Below the pieces are notes generated by a model. That model was given only the letters and a program-made list of their open reading frames with translations. It did not search any database and was not told where the DNA came from. A stretch of DNA of 64,000 bases, taken from contig CM052817.1 in the NCBI GenBank assembly GCA_028534125.1, positions 39,496,001 through 39,560,000 of the forward strand, written 5' to 3'. Source of the stretch: Lama glama (Eukaryota). Position 1 is the first letter of the stretch, and each line of letters begins with the position of its first letter. Of the stretch, positions 37,084 to 49,749 are shown piece by piece. Made by a program: the position numbers and the translations under genes.

Positions 37084-39614
37084 AAGATTGGCTTCTGCCA
37101 CACTATCATCAACAGTAGTCATTATTATTTTTGAAACTCATTTCCTAATTGATAAGTAAAGAAAATGGAAATGGCTGATCTGCTTTTATTGAATCACTCA
37201 CTGGAACTTGATTTTATTTTCAGAATAAACACATTTCAACAAGACTTTATTTAGTTCTGCCTTATTTGTTGGAGAAACTGTAATAACATATAATTAATCA
37301 CTGCCAAGATCCTCTCTGTCCTCTGAAAAATATAAAAATCTATACGCTAATAATTTAAGTATCTCATTGCAAATGAAAGTTTCAGTGGTTATTTTGCAAA
37401 AGTATCTTATTGCCGTCTTAGGGAGAAACTAAAAATTGCCATTGCAATTCTCTCCTACAAACGTAAGTTCAGAGAAAAGCTCCTCAGCATCACCTGAGAT
37501 CACACACTGCTGCTGTGGCCACTTCTGCCCGTCTCTGGCGAGGGCTACTGTGACGAGAATCGCCCGTGGAAGACATACGGGTGGCAGGGCAGCAAGCCAA
37601 CCTTAGAAGAAACCTTCGGACCATTGAACAACATAAGCATATTTCACTCTCCTTTTTCCCTAGTTCTGCTAGAAGCTTTTGTGTTATTTTATGATGTGAC
37701 CCTCCTCTGCCATTCTATATTTTTCTAAGGAGTGAACAAGAAAGACACAGTGGGCCTTATATGCTAAATAAATAGGGCTAGTCCTTGGATCTAAAAGACT
37801 GAGGCACAAAAAGAAAGAAGCCATTACTATTTAAAAACACAAACAAATCTCAACCAAAGAACATTTAACTAGCAGCTTTTGTTCAAGTGGACGTGTCTTT
37901 TTATCTCAGCCTAGAGGAAGGATGCCATGCAGATGGTGGGCTAGCTCCGTTGGATATGCTAGGGGACCAAGATAAAAAAGAAATTATAAAAGACAAGACT
38001 TCTCTATTTAAGATTCTCCTGACATTGTGGTCCCACAGAACTGGAGGACTCTACCTGCAAGGCTACTAAACTTGTATAGAATTTTCCCAGAGCTCAAATA
38101 TATTCTCCCCTTTTGGCCCCAAAAAGTCAAATTAGGGGTGTGGAGGGAGAGAAGATGGAGTCACCAACTTCATTCCCTCTTCACAAGTTTTTATCCAACT
38201 CTTCCTTGTCTCCCTTTATACTCCCTCCCAGCCGCAAAATATGGTGGAAAAATAGGAATTAAATCAGTATCTTGAAAAACACTTTATAACATACGAGAAA
38301 AGTGATTGGAAAATAACAAATCAAAAATTTCCCTAATCATCATTTTAAGTGCACACATTATGATTTCATAACATTTTTACATGAGTGTTTTCTCTTAAAA
38401 ATAATGTTTAAATGATTCTTGGAATTGTCTTTTTATTCACTGGAATCCTGCACATATACAGTCTAAAATTCCTTCATTTCATGTAAAGCCTTATTTAAGC
38501 AGAAAAGGGAAGTAGAGAATTGAGATGAAATTATTAATTTTTAGCTGGGAATGGTCATAGAAAAGGGAAGAATAAAGTGGAAAATTAAAACAATCATCCA
38601 AAATAACCAAAGGGAGGAAAAGTCACTTGCAACTCACATGTGGCCTCAGGTTTTCATTGCATTTTCGTGGAGAGATACGGCCTTAATTGTTTCTCCAACA
38701 TGACTTCTGATGTAGGAAAACTAAATAGGTTGGCATATCACTTACAAAGTATTTGTAAACCTGTGTCAAAAGTTTCTGCCATGGGGAAAAACCAAAAAGG
38801 CGTTTTTTCCAAATGCAGGTGCATTCATCTAGGAAAGGACTGACGGAAACAGGGCACATTTGTTGTCTACGCCCTCTTTCCCAAACTTGTTTTTAAGGTT
38901 TTATTGCAAGAAAAAACGTGTGCTTTTCTCCTGCTATTGGGCTTTCAGATGATTTTTCTACACAGAAAAGAAGCCTCTGGCATTTTTTACATTGCAACCA
39001 GCAGTTGCTTGGCTGCACTATCAAAGCAGGCCCAGCAGATCCCCTTGAATGGAAACTCCGAGACCCACCACAGACTCTGGCTGCACTAATGAACTAAGAG
39101 CACAGATTCCGCTGGGCCCCAGCAAGGCAGCAGGGGGGACATAAAATCCCACAAAGATGGGACAGGCTTCAGTCATAAAGAATCAACTTGTCTTAGCAGG
39201 TGCTGTAAGTCCCAACATCTGCTGGCCACATAAAACAAAGTGGCTAATGGACAGTGTGAAAACGTGAATACACCATGAAGAGTTATTTCGCTACTTTTCT
39301 CGGCATTGGTCATCTCAAGGTTTGGTGGTTTTATCTATTTTTTTTTAATAGGACGCAAACTTAGATGTAAATGCTTTTCAGCATACAGTAGAGTCAGATC
39401 AATTACTTTCCTAAATTTATTTAACGTAATAATATCTAGAAGGGATAGAGTGAAATCAGAGCATATCTTACCACAGTAACCCTGGTGAAACCAATGGGAT
39501 TCCTCTCAGTGGAAGATTCAGAGAAACAAGCAAATTGCAGGATGCAGTGGACGCAGGCAACATGTGACGAAAAATACAGTGACTAAGGACCACCGCCACC
39601 TGCACATGGAGAAG

Positions 39615-39860
39615 TCCAGTGCAGTGGTTAAGGATGCAGGCTTCCAAGTCAGAAGGATCTGGGTTCAAATCCCCAGTCCGTTGTTTAGCAGGCATATAAC
39701 ATCTCTGAAGTTCAGTTTACCTCTGTATCAAATGGAAATAGAAATACCTTCCTCACAGAACTGAGGGCAGATTAAAATAAAACAGTATTGTTAAGCACTT
39801 AGAACAGAATCTAAAATAAAGCGAGCACTCGATACACAGCAGCTTACTGTAGTTGTCATT
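39615..39860 (+). mobile_element. Near full-length MIR SINE
   Basis: gcagtggttaagg...ctgggttcaaatccc...ctgtatcaaatgga...aagcacttagaacag. Confidence 0.9.
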
Positions 39861-41789
39861 GCTATTGATTACTTATGTATAACCTAGTTTGTCCAAAACT
39901 AGATTTAAGATGGCCTATAACAATAATAAAATACAGCAAAATAATACAAATCAATGGATGAAAAGAAAAAAGGGACCAAAATAAGGGGAATTTTTTTTCG
40001 CTCACATAGAATCCATTTTGACCCCATGGTTCAACCAGATTAAAATTTGTATTTCTTCTTCATGAACTACTCATCAAATACACAGCCATTAAAACCAAGG
40101 TACAACTTAGCAACACTAAAAGGACTCCTGGGAAGACTAAAAACTTCATTTTTATTTCACTCCAGGTCACAGACTCTTGCTCTTGCTCCCATGAAAATAT
40201 CAGTTATCAGGAAACAGGCTACTATAAACTTTAGTGGCCGGGGCACAAGTACCAAGAAGCCGAATAAAGTGGTCTCCACTGATTCTGCCCTAGAAGATAC
40301 ACCCAAATTTCTCCTTCAGTTTGCACTTAGATTTCCCCACTCCCAAACCGTCACTGATTTCCATGCTTATCAGGGCGTGTGATGCTGCATTGTTATTTAG
40401 TGAGACCTCAAAAAACCAGATCCCGTAATAAATTTTATTTTAGAAAAACATCACTTCCAGTGTCAGATCTCTAGGGAAGTGAGGCATCTTGGCATGTAAA
40501 TTTACAGAAGTCTACTTTTGAATATTAATTATGTATCACACTACCTTCTCACATAATTATTTTTGCTATAAATTTTGCTCCAGCAAGCTGTAGGATTAGC
40601 ATTTCAAAGACTTACTGGAGATGGGAGTTCAACCAATAAACATAAACACTCTTGGCCTCCTGTGGAGATATGCTTTAATTTGTAACACTCAGAGTCCATG
40701 TTTATTCTGACAGACTGAGAACTAGGAAGACCGTACCGCAGAAGTGGGAAGAAGAAGAGGTTTCCTCCTGAATGCAAAGTCCCGTTGAATGGTTCCCTGG
40801 AAGCTTTTGTTGAGAAATATCCTAGGACAGTGCTTAAGCTCAAGGCGAAAAAATTCTGCAACCAACTGCTGACATCTATCACGGGCAGAGGAACAAGGCG
40901 GTAGGAGCATGATGGCAGGTGTTTGCCCTTCCTGCCATACACACTGGACCTACAAACCACACACAGCCATTCAAAGCCATGGAAATTTGCTCAGAATGTT
41001 AAACGCTAAGCCAAGCAGTTCCTCCAAACCCATGAACCTCTTGCCACTCTTGCAAACTGTCATGCCCAGTAACAAACAGTGCAGATGAGTCCTGAGCTGG
41101 TGCTCGGCTGAAGGAGCCGGTTGAAATTACTCCTGAGCACAGGAAGTCGCCCTGGGAAAGCACAAGAGGGTGGATGAGGAAGGCAGGTTAAGAGGGGAAG
41201 TGGTTATTACCCTCTCTCTCTCAAAAGTGCTTTCCTTTATAGAGCAAAGAATATTGCAGAGTATAACTTTGACAACTGAAGCAAAGAAGATTACTGATGC
41301 AGACTGATCATGTAGAATTATGATTCATTCTGGTCATAAGAATTAGTCCTAAAGAAAAGTACTTCCTTTTAAACAAGTATATCACTGCCACCCGTGTCAA
41401 TCCGAGCTAGCCTGACAATAGGCTGTGCCTACAATCACAGTCACTGAGTGTCTCCACTTCTCCCTCCTACTGGCCAGCATCTTTACAGGAAAGATGAAGA
41501 CTAGTTCATAGCCTAGGTTCAGCCTTTCCTAACACCCTTAAGAGCCACAAAAGGTTGGGGGCAAAATCATTGGCCCCTTTTCTTGAGTTGCAGACTGCGC
41601 AGGTCTCAGTCAACACAGATGTTTTCCTTTGTTGTAACTGAGGAGGAGATAAGGGGGTGCCCAGGCAGGCTTGAGATCAAAATGAAATCTTGTGATTTTA
41701 AAACAATCATTAGAGGAAGGTGTGCTGCGTCAATAGTTTTTCATTTCTATTTATATTTAAATTTTTAAAAAATAGATATAAGATAATTT

Positions 41790-42085
41790 AGAAGGACATG
41801 AAGTATCACATATTAGACAATTCTGTTTATATAAAATATTCAGAATAAGTAAATCAATAGAGACAAAAAGTAAATTTGTAGTTGCTAGGGACTCAGGGGA
41901 GGGCAGAACAGGGAGCAACTGTGTAATGGGGTGTATCTCCACTTGGGGGGGATAAAAACATTTTAGAACACAATAGAAGTGATGGTTGTATAACATTGTG
42001 AATATACTAAATGCCATTGAATATACACTTTAAAATCGTTAATTTTATGTTTTGTGAGTTGGTGAATTTTACCTCAATTTTTTAA
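41790..42085 (+). mobile_element. LINE-1 3' end (L1MB-like)
   Basis: gtgatggttgtataacattgtgaatatactaaatgccattga...tgaattttacctcaa. Confidence 0.88.
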
Positions 42086-42229
42086 AGATAATTTGTGGGG
42101 ACGTTTGGTGAAATCTGAATATGAACTGGATATTGAATTACATTGTGGAATTATTCTTAGGTATAATAATAGTATGGTGTTAGGAGGAAAAATAAAATTT
42201 TCTGTGCTTTTTTCAAAGATGCATGTGAA

Positions 42230-43468
42230 AACAGACAACAAGAACAAAAGCAGACAAGTAGTACTACATCAAACTAAAAAGCTTCTGCACACAGCAAAGT
42301 ACACAACCACAGAATAAACAGGTAGCCTACAAAATGCAAGAAAATATTTGCAAACTACATATCTGGAAAGGGGTTAATGGCCAAAATATATAAGGAACTC
42401 CAACACCTCAATAGCAAGAAACAAATAGCCAGATTTTTTAAAAACAAGCAAAGATCTTGAATAGACATCTCTCCAAAGAAGATTTACAGATGGCTAACAG
42501 GTATATGAAAAGGTACTCAACTCCATTAGTCATCAGGGAAATGCAAATCAAAACTACAGTGAGATATCACCTCACATCTGTTAGGATGGTAATTATTAAA
42601 AAAAGAAAAAAGATAAATATTGGCGAGGATATGGAGAAATTGGAAACTTTGTGAACTGCTGATGGGAATGTAAAATGGTACAAATATGGAACACTATAAG
42701 GAGTATGAAAGCTCCTTAAAAAATTAAAAATAAAACTACTTTATTATCTAGCAGTCTCACTTCTGGGTATACAGCCAAAAGAACAGAAATCAGGATCTTG
42801 GAATGATACCTGCACTCCCGTGTTCACTGCAGCCCTGTTCACAATTCACAATATGGAGAAAACTCAAATGTCCACAGGCAAATAAAGAAAGAAGAGGTGG
42901 TATATACATATGATGGATGCTATTACTCAGTCTTAAAAAAAAAGAAAATTGTCATATGCAACAATATGGACGAACCTGGAGGACATTATGCTAAGTGAAA
43001 TAAGCCCGTTGCAGAAGGACAAATACTGCATGATTCCACTTATATAAGGTATCTTAACTAGTCAAATTCATAGAAGCAGAAAGTAGAACAGTGGTTGCCA
43101 GGGCCTAGGGGGAGGGGGAGATAGGGAGTTTTTTCATGATTAAAGTTTTTGGTTAAGCAAGGTGAATAAGTTCTAGAGATCTGCAAACATCTCTTTGGGC
43201 ACAAAGTCATGACTAATGTTAACAGTACTGTATTGCGCACCTAAAAATTGTTATGAGAGTAGCTGTCACATTAAATGCTCTTACCACATACACACACACA
43301 AAAGGGGGATACAAGGAACCTTTTGAAGGTGACAGATATGTTTACTGCCTTAATTGAATGGTGGTTTCACAAGTATATGCGTATGTCCAAACTCATCAAA
43401 TTGTATACATTAAATATGTACAGTTTTTATATATCAATTATGCCTCAGTAAACCTGTTAATTAAAAAA
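42230..43468 (+). mobile_element. 5'-truncated LINE-1 (ORF2 C-terminus plus 3' UTR, L1MA/L1MB age), nested in an older L1 3' end (about 42090-42225 and 43470-43680)
   Basis: ORF 42457..42654 ([43 protein letters not shown]) matches the L1 ORF2p C-terminal region. Stops and frameshifts flank it, and an A-rich tail is present. Confidence 0.95.
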
Positions 43469-43744
43469 GAGATGCGTGCAGATGTCTTTAGCACTAAAGT
43501 GTCATGATATCTGCAACTTACTTTCCAATAGTTCAGCAAAAACCATACATTTCTAGAGAGAGAGAGATTAAAGAAAAATATTTTAAATTGTTGAATCTAA
43601 GTGGAGGATACTTGGCTGTTCATTTGGCTATTATGTCAGTGCTTCAATATGTTGGAAATTTTAAAAATAAATACTCGGAGAAATTTTTTAACGTTCTCCT
43701 GAAATTCAGAATGAAGACTCATATTAATCAATCAACCAGTTAAT

Positions 43745-44090
43745 TAATTAATTAATACAAAAAATTTTGCTGAGCATCTGTTAGATTCCAGGTGCTGTGC
43801 CAGGTACTCAGGACATAAGAATGAATGAAACAGACGTAATCTCTACCTTCATAAAGCTTACAGCCCAGTGAGGTAACTTGTAAATAATTAGGCAGCTATG
43901 ACGGGAGGACAGAGGACACCAAGGGAATGCACAGGATGTGCTGGAAGAGTCAAGAAAACTTCCCAGAGGATTGAAGACAAGGACTGAGACCTTCAGGACC
44001 CCATTCGAGGTCAGCTAGGTAAAGAGAATGAGCATTCCAGGTACAACCAGCAGAGTGAGGGCTAAGAAATGAGATTCTGGACCAAGAGCT
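43745..44090 (-). mobile_element. L2 LINE 3' fragment
   Basis: gctgagcatctg...ccaggtgctgtgccaggtact...ataaagcttacagcccagtg. Confidence 0.7.
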
Positions 44091-46294
44091 GAACATCAAA
44101 ATGCCTCCAGGGGCCACATAAATAGCATAAATGAATGAAAACAGGAAGCAGCCCCATTTAAAGGAGGCTCTCCAGTGTAGGGGTGCTGACACTCAACTCC
44201 AGCCAAGAGAAAGCCTCAAGGCAAGGAGAAAATCGGGAACCAGGAAGTAATCACCACAGTTGTAGAGAAGTCTCAGTCCAGGGCACTTCCACTCCCCCGT
44301 CTTGTCTTTGAAGTTGTAGCCCCTCCCTAAAGGAGAGGAAGATGGCAGCCTAATGTACAAGGCATTAGAAGAACACCAGGGCTGGGGAAACAACCATGAC
44401 CATGACCATGACCACTAGCCAGGTCTACATAAATACTTGTACTAATACAACCTAAGCAACCCCCCTTCACTGTGCACGTTTTTCTTTTTGTTTTAAATAC
44501 TAGCAAGGAGAGAGAGGCACGGGCACAGGGTGGTAATTCCTAGAGTTATAAAGTCTTAGCATTCTGAGTTGAACCGATAATCATTCTAGAGCTACTTGAA
44601 CATAACCATGTAGCAAAACGCTGGGAGGGCTCAAGGCTTTGCTCGGTTTTGTTTTGCTTGCCTGACAGTAGCCAGACTGGAACTTATGTTGGAGACTTCA
44701 GAGGGAAAAGCCCTAGCTTTGTTTCTCCTCTATTCTTGCTACAGGACAGACAGAGGTGGGGAAAGACAAGCGGATGGGATTTTAAAGAAAAAGAATATCT
44801 CAGAAAACCTTGAGATTAATATAGTGCTGGGCCTTTTGGAAACAACTAGGTTAGGCTAAACAGTTTGAGTTACCCTTTCCCTAAGGCTACCCTTTTCAGT
44901 AGGCGTTAATGTTAATGGAATTGAGGTTTGTTGGGCTGGGAAGGTGTCCAGTACTACATTTCAGATTTCAGTCTGGGAGCCTTGTGGGGCTTCTGCAAAA
45001 TCCATGACAGTCCCTTGTGCCCAGAAAGGGGCCAGGACATCTCTGAAGACCTGGGGTGCCCACTTTACAATCAGAGCCCTTGAAGAAAATTATCTCCACT
45101 TCCTACCTTGAAACACATCTCTGGGTGGGTTATTTTATCCTAGTCTGGGGCCTGAGAAGAAGCCTGACTGCTAATTCGCAGTTCTAGTCCTTTGAAGTGC
45201 CATTGATATTCCAAACTTGGGGAGCCCCCCGCATCATAATGGAATCTTCAACCCACCCCCAGCCACACTACAAATAAACTTGCTCCAGCGAACCTTCGAG
45301 CAGGCCCTGCGCACCAACGCCAGCTGACCTCTGAGAAAAGGGCTTGGGCAGTATAAGCTTTGCAAAGGAAAATAAAATCCTCAGCATGGAGCCTCAAACA
45401 AGAAAAACAGTGAGATATTTAAACCTGACCATTTCTTTTTAAAGACTTGGGTGTTCTTCAGAAAGGGAATTTCCCTCCCACCTCAGAAGGGTCCAAAGTG
45501 TTACTCATACTATTTACAGAGCTTTGAAGTGTGTCTCCAAAGTTTGAGTTCAGCTCTGAGGAATGTGAGGGTCACATCATTTTCCCTTTCTGATGAAGGA
45601 AGGCTGTGAATTTAATACCACAATTTATTCAAAACAAGGAAATACACTGAGGCACTCTCCACTATGAATGCACAACAGTAGACACTTGGAACTGTATCTT
45701 ACTCCAAAGAGTTTATACAGTTTGGCCAAGAGTGGCGAGACGTTTAAATGAGCCTTCTGGTTAATCCATTTCTACCAGCCTCAGCACCTGTAAAATGCAA
45801 GCTACTTTGCTTCTAATAATAGGAATTGACTTAATTTATTTAAACAATGTTAGAGTCATCATTTTCGAAAAGTAAAATAACTGAAGATCTATTCCTATAG
45901 TATGTGTATATTTTATGAAAACTGAAGGTTAAATAGCACATCTGGGGCATCTGGCTTTTCCTGGTAACCCTCCAGGTGACCTCCCTTTTTAAAAGTGGCC
46001 TTTTGAGCTTTATTATCTTAAGAAGAACCTCAATTTATATAGCCGCTTTCTTTATGGAGCTTGAAGCACTCTGTTGACCTTGGAATGCCCTTCGTGCATA
46101 GTAGGATGCTCTCCCTGGCCTACAGAGATGGCGAGACAGCCACAGGCCAAGGACCAAAAGGCTTGGCTGCGGGCAGTGGGTGCTGACTGAGCATCCAGAA
46201 TTAGTCTCTCCACTGAAACAACACAGGAGTATTTTGTTCTACAAGACCCAATAGTGTGCTGCCCCTGTACACTTGCAGAGGCTACAAGGGGTCC

Positions 46295-46730
46295 AACATT
46301 CTGAGTCAAGTTTGTGCTCTCCACTTACTGGTTGCTAATCTTAATTAAGCACATAGCTTAAATTCCTTTAACCTCCACTTCCACATCTATAAAATGGGAT
46401 TAAAACTACCAACTTCATACATCTGTTGTACAACAATTTGTGGCCCTTATATGTTTGCCTAGCTGTCTCCCCCTATTAGTTTGTATTTAGCTGAATTAGC
46501 ATTCTTGGCTGAATAAATATGGAATGACCTGGCACTGTGTTCATAGCTTGACTTAGATTATTTTATTTAATTCTCACAAAAGCACATGGGCTAGGTATAA
46601 TTATTAGCAGACACAGGAAACTGATACTTACAACAGTTAAGTAATTTGCCTGTGTTCATAAACTCATGGAATCAGGGTTCCAGGCAAAGCCCTGGGCCTC
46701 TACAGCTTGTGTTCTTAACTAGGATACCAC
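46295..46730. mobile_element. Two MIR fragments in opposite orientation
   Basis: Sense core at about 46295-46430 (catctataaaatgggat) and antisense core at about 46520-46730. Confidence 0.7.
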
Positions 46731-47075
46731 TTCTCATTCTTGGCCATTCAGATCTTAACACATACAGTAGGCACGTAGATACATGATTACAATGTAATAT
46801 AAAATGCATTTTCTGGTGATTTTATGTTTTGTTCTAGTCATTTTAGAAAGACCTGGTTCACTTTGGGATGCCCATGCCAAACCACATAAAAAGTATAGGA
46901 CATTGTCAAAGTGAAGTTCCTTCAGGTCCTTCTCCTTGGCTGGCATGTCTCCTCCTCCTCCCTCTCATCCTGCCTACTTCCTTGGCAGCCCTCATTCAGA
47001 GTTATTCCTTGACTTTGGCCGTCAGCCTACCTGGGGACCTGGTTTTGAACTTGGTCCATAGGCGATCAGCTATTC

Positions 47076-48308
47076 CAGGGGTCTTTAAATTGGTATATGT
47101 GCATCTCTAGAAACACAAAAGGGTCTTCCAAGGGATGGGTAGTCAGGAGAGATTTTAAAGGAATTAGTTTCCAGATCCTCAGTTTTTATATGTACTCTCT
47201 CATAAAACTAATTTTGCCTGAGAGAAAGCTTGTTGAAAAAGAACAAGCTCTTATTTCTCACTTTCTCTTTCATTTCTCCCTTCTTGCAAAACAGATATGC
47301 TTTTCTTTCTTTCCAATCTCACCCAAGGTACATGACCCCAAGGCATAAAGACCTTGAGGGTATCAAACAAAGAGCCAGTTGGAAAATATATGTTTGTCAT
47401 TGTTTCTGATTCTTTTCTTTCAGCCACATTTAAGGAGATCTAATTGAATTGTCACCTAATGGATCATTAAAAATACTTTTTGATTATTGGTTTGAATATA
47501 TATCAGAATTTCAGAAAATTGAGAAATGTTGTTATAATGAAACTTATTTCCCCTCAGCTTCTCATTTACTTAAAAAGTATTTCAGTATTTTCATTCATAA
47601 AAGTAAAAACTAAGAATTATGCTGAACTCTGTCTTATTTTAGCAACACTGAGACATCCACAATTCAATTAAGCTAAAATTTAGTTGAACTAATTAAAAAA
47701 TATAGTCCTAGCCATCTTATAAAAATACTTTTTCAGTGAAAGGTTGTCTTTTTAAATTATTTATCAAAATGTGTAATATACTTGTTTTTTAACCAATTGT
47801 GTACTATTAAAATCATAATAAGAATTTAGTCAATAATGTTTTAACATTAACAACTGGATGGCTAGAGGAAAAATTAATTAAAATATCAATGTATATCCTT
47901 ATTTTGTAGCAGAGAATTATGACATAGACTATAAGACTTTAAAGCATAAAATATATTGCATAAAGATAAAATTTTGGGGGGGAAGTGAAATGGGAATATG
48001 AATTCAAAAGAAAAATAAATGATGTAAATGTTCAGCCTGTTAAAAGAAGAGTTCATTTGCATATTTTTAAATAGGTGATTGTAGATATCAAATCAGTGGT
48101 TAGATTATATTGGATGCAGTTTAAAGGGTGATGTAACAATGTTATATAGAAGCTCCATATCTATAATGTTTTATCTAAAAGGCCTATATTTACAATACAA
48201 TGGAAATACACCCTTTCCACTATTCTAGCTACACTAAAAATATATAAGGGGATGTGAAAGTTTTCAAAAGTCTCAGTGGGTACCTGTGACAAATTCTGAA
48301 GGCTCCTT
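47076..48308. mobile_element. Probable ancient hAT-Charlie DNA transposon relic
   Basis: Degenerate terminal inverted repeats caggggtctttaaa / ttctgaaggctcct and an AT-rich interior. Family not certain. Confidence 0.45.
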
Positions 48309-48709
48309 TATGTGCAAAACAAAGAAAGAAGCAATACTCATATCCCTCATCTGTCAAACATATAGTAGGTGCTTAATAAATGTGTGTTAAATAGGTTTAT
48401 ACAAAGCATTTTGTAGATTAAAAATCACTCTACAAATGTTAGAGTTGGTGATGCAACGTTGTCATACCCTGTGCCTACATCAGTCATCACAAGAAATCTC
48501 ATAGATTTGGTTCAGGATGAAATATTACCACCAACCCTGGTCCTATGTTGGTGATGTTTATTATTTTCACAATGTCCTTACAGCCTTTCAAAAACCACCT
48601 GACTTTGACTTCAAAGTGTGTTGTTAGTGGATAAACTCAATATTAAAATAGTTACCCCCAACGAGTATTTTCAACTAGTGGAAACTAGTAGGAATGTGAA
48701 TCCTTTCGG

Positions 48710-49225
48710 AGTGGAGCCTGGCAAGAGCTACCTAAATTACAAATGCATTTCCCCTTTAACTCAGCAATTATATATCTGAGACTTTCTTTAGTGATACACT
48801 TAGACCCATACACAGTAACCTATTTTACGAAATATTGGGAAAATATTGGTAACTACCCAAGTAAGATTGGTTAAATTATGGCAATCAACACCATGGAACA
48901 CTATATAGCTGCAAAAAAAATTAATGTTTTTAACTGATAAGGCAGTATCTCTGGATATATTTAAGTGGGAAACAAAATCAAGGTGCTTAATAGCATCTAT
49001 GGTATGCAAATCTCTGAGCAAAAACATGCACAGGAATAAGAACATTCATGTGTGTATGTGCTTGGATTGGCAAAAGGAAACACTGGAGGAATAAAAAACA
49101 GGAGCAAGGGGAACCGGGTGGATAGGGACCAGGTGGGATTGAGATTTTTCAGCATATGCCTTTTATATCACTTTGATGTTTAAACCATGTATTACAATCG
49201 ATTCAAAAAATAAAAGTATCGAAAA
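48710..49225 (+). mobile_element. Old LINE-1 3' fragment (L1ME-like)
   Basis: ttggttaaattatggcaatcaacaccatggaacactatatagctgc...gatatattaagtgggaaa. Confidence 0.75.
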
Positions 49226-49749
49226 GAAAAGTTTTCACAAACCACAGTTCAGTGTTTAACTTGATATATTTTAATTAGTTGACCTTATCTGAGAATATTT
49301 TCTGAACCAAAACTCAATCTTGAAGTCCCCTGGACATATTTTCTCTGTATGATTGTGGATGCATATTTTATTGACTTTGCTGCAGAAACAGTAATTGCTA
49401 AATTGAAACTCCATGAAATGCGTGCCTATACCCCACAGAAGCTTAATTTATTTAATCGTTTAAAGCAATTTACAAAAAGTGACTTGGGGTTTTTTTGTTT
49501 TTTGTTTTTTGTTTTTGGCCAGCTCCCTGTATTTCTCTTTTCCTTCTCATTCCAGTAGTCAGTTGAGTCTGGTACATTTCGTTGAGCATACTCAAATGTA
49601 GAGCAGAACTATTTTAATGGCACATTTAGTGCCCATTTGTAATAATGTTTTTAGTCATTAAAATGTACACTAGGGAGAGCCATGACAGTGTCACTAAGTA
49701 ATTACAGTCATGCAGAAATGGGGATGAAGAGAAGGAGGTCCAACTCTCT

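Noticed and set aside
39118..39165. CTCF-like motifs (gcagcaggggggac, ccacaaagatgggac; also near 8100 and 46125)
   Set aside because: Each misses core positions or has an extra base, so none can be supported without a PWM scan.
42457..42654. Protein-coding gene (also ORF 60645..60875)
   Set aside because: Both are decayed L1 ORF2p C-terminal fragments within 5'-truncated L1 copies.
43101..43126. G-quadruplex motif
   Set aside because: It is the ordinary G-rich tract of an L1 3' UTR and not specific to this locus.
44176..44940. Possible ancient LTR (Gypsy/ERVL-like) containing (ACCATG)3
   Set aside because: No termini or TSD could be fixed and the similarity was too vague to call.
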